From a virus (Duplodnaviria > Caudoviricetes): 25,119 nt of DNA. The notes under the pieces were generated by a model. The model was not told where the DNA came from and searched no databases. It saw nothing but the letters and a program-made list of their open reading frames with translations. A program made the translations under genes and the position numbers. Shown piece after piece: positions 24,229-25,119 of the stretch. Every line of letters starts with the position of its first letter. Positions within the stretch are counted from its first letter, which is position 1. The DNA lies in IMG/VR virus record IMGVR_UViG_3300032303_000331, positions 1 through 25,119 of that record. One strand, given 5' to 3'.

Positions 24229-24703
24229 TTTTATACACCCAACCGCCATAATTGGCGACAACGTTATTTTAGGCGACAACAACTACATTGGTGCATATTG
24301 TATTATAGGCGACCCGGCAGAACATAAAAAGTATTGGAATCAAGAAAAGGGCAAAGTAATTATTGGAAACAATAATATTGTTACCGGATTGGTTACAATT
24401 GACGCCGGAACTGAAGTGCCAACGATTATTGAAGACGGTTGTTTTATTATGAAACACGCGCATATTGGTCACGATTGCCGAATTATGAATAATGTAACAA
24501 TAAGCTGCGGCGCAAAAATTGGCGGTCATTCAGTTATTGGTGAAAGTTCAAATATTGGATTGAATGCAGTTCTTCATCAATTTAGCGTTATTAAAAGGGG
24601 TTGTATGATTGGCGCAAGTGCTTTTTTCAAAGGTGAATCAGAAGTTGAAATGAAATATGCCGGTGTGCCTGCGCGCAAACTTGGTTCAAATATAAAAAAA
24701 TGA
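24221..24703 (+). CDS. LpxA-like hexapeptide-repeat (left-handed beta-helix) acyltransferase
   Basis: IHPTAII, VTIDAGT, HAHIGHDC, VLHQFSVI, AGVPAR; lacks the C-terminal helical domain of true LpxA. Confidence 0.8.
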   Translation: MANFIHPTAIIGDNVILGDNNYIGAYCIIGDPAEHKKYWNQEKGKVIIGNNNIVTGLVTIDAGTEVPTIIEDGCFIMKHAHIGHDCRIMNNVTISCGAKIGGHSVIGESSNIGLNAVLHQFSVIKRGCMIGASAFFKGESEVEMKYAGVPARKLGSNIKK

Positions 24704-25119
24704 ATATAGCCGTAATTTTACTAAACCTAAATAGAAACGATTTGGCAAAACGCGTTGTTGACCAAAATTTTAAAAATGCAGGACACAATGCGGATTGTTT
24801 TTTGGTTGACAATGGCAGCGACGAAGTGCCGTATGATATTTACAATTGGACAAATTGTAATGTTTCAACAAAGAAACGAGGTATTGCCGCAGGTGTAAAC
24901 GCCGGTTTAAATATGACCCGTGCATACGACGGGGTATGTATATTAGCAAATGACATTCTTTTACCTAACAATTGGTTGTCAAATTGGGTTATGTTTGCTG
25001 AACGTGTGTCAAAAACAGGCATTATTGGAATACATTGTGTTGAAGATTTGCCGCCATTGGTTGAAGGAATACATAAAACACATACACCATTTGGTGATAA
25101 TTATCTTACAAGGGAATTA
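24700..25119 (+). CDS. GT2-family glycosyltransferase, 3'-truncated (absent from ORF track)
   Basis: MNIAVILLNLNR...FLVDNGSDE...GIAAGVNAGL...CILANDILLP; open to the window end; ATGA overlap. Confidence 0.8.
   Translation, partial: MNIAVILLNLNRNDLAKRVVDQNFKNAGHNADCFLVDNGSDEVPYDIYNWTNCNVSTKKRGIAAGVNAGLNMTRAYDGVCILANDILLPNNWLSNWVMFAERVSKTGIIGIHCVEDLPPLVEGIHKTHTPFGDNYLTREL

Noticed and set aside
24221-24703. Host lpxA marking a prophage/host boundary
   Set aside because: Protein lacks the C-terminal helical domain, overlaps phage genes, shares their sequence bias and has no fabZ/lpxD-type neighbours.
3228-25022. All minus-strand ORFs and nested alternate-frame ORFs in the track (e.g. 5628-6185, 4422-4841, 973-1194, 6381-6647)
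   Set aside because: They overlap well-supported + strand genes and show no recognisable motifs; most are antisense shadows of biased codon usage, such as poly-Pro opposite poly-Gly.
1-25119. Stop-codon reassignment (alternative genetic code)
   Set aside because: Genes are full length and tightly packed under the standard code; TAG (11606-11608) and TGA (6926-6928) act as real stops.

Overview
A 25-kb segment of an AT-rich, tailed dsDNA bacteriophage (siphovirus-like), with all credible genes on the + strand. The host is probably a Bacteroidota species, judged from TAnnTTTG promoters and A-rich leaders lacking Shine-Dalgarno sites. Gene order: tail/neck proteins and tape measure (1-6300); XkdF-like prohead protease, scaffold, major capsid and tail tube (6329-9119); a ~330-bp non-coding region; portal, head-tail joining proteins and a tail fibre with an autocleaving chaperone (9447-15862); lysis cassette (15864-17277); DEDD exonuclease and small genes; an early recombination/replication module (Erf, SSB-like, DnaA-C-domain protein, initiator with internal iterons, VRR-NUC-like nuclease, sigma-like factor); and the start of an LpxA-like acyltransferase/GT2 glycosyltransferase cluster. 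No terminase, integrase, tRNA or CRISPR is visible. The most unusual signals are non-coding: (1) a dense array of unrelated operator-like palindromes at 9201-9420; (2) a kissing-loop RNA with a terminator-like end directly upstream of the replication initiator (21153-21240); (3) a 3'-UTR tract complementary to the erf start region; (4) strong avoidance of GAG/CTC and CCAG/CTGG, with GAG/CTC returning in the distal tail fibre. Product calls come from motifs and synteny read by eye; no database searches were run.
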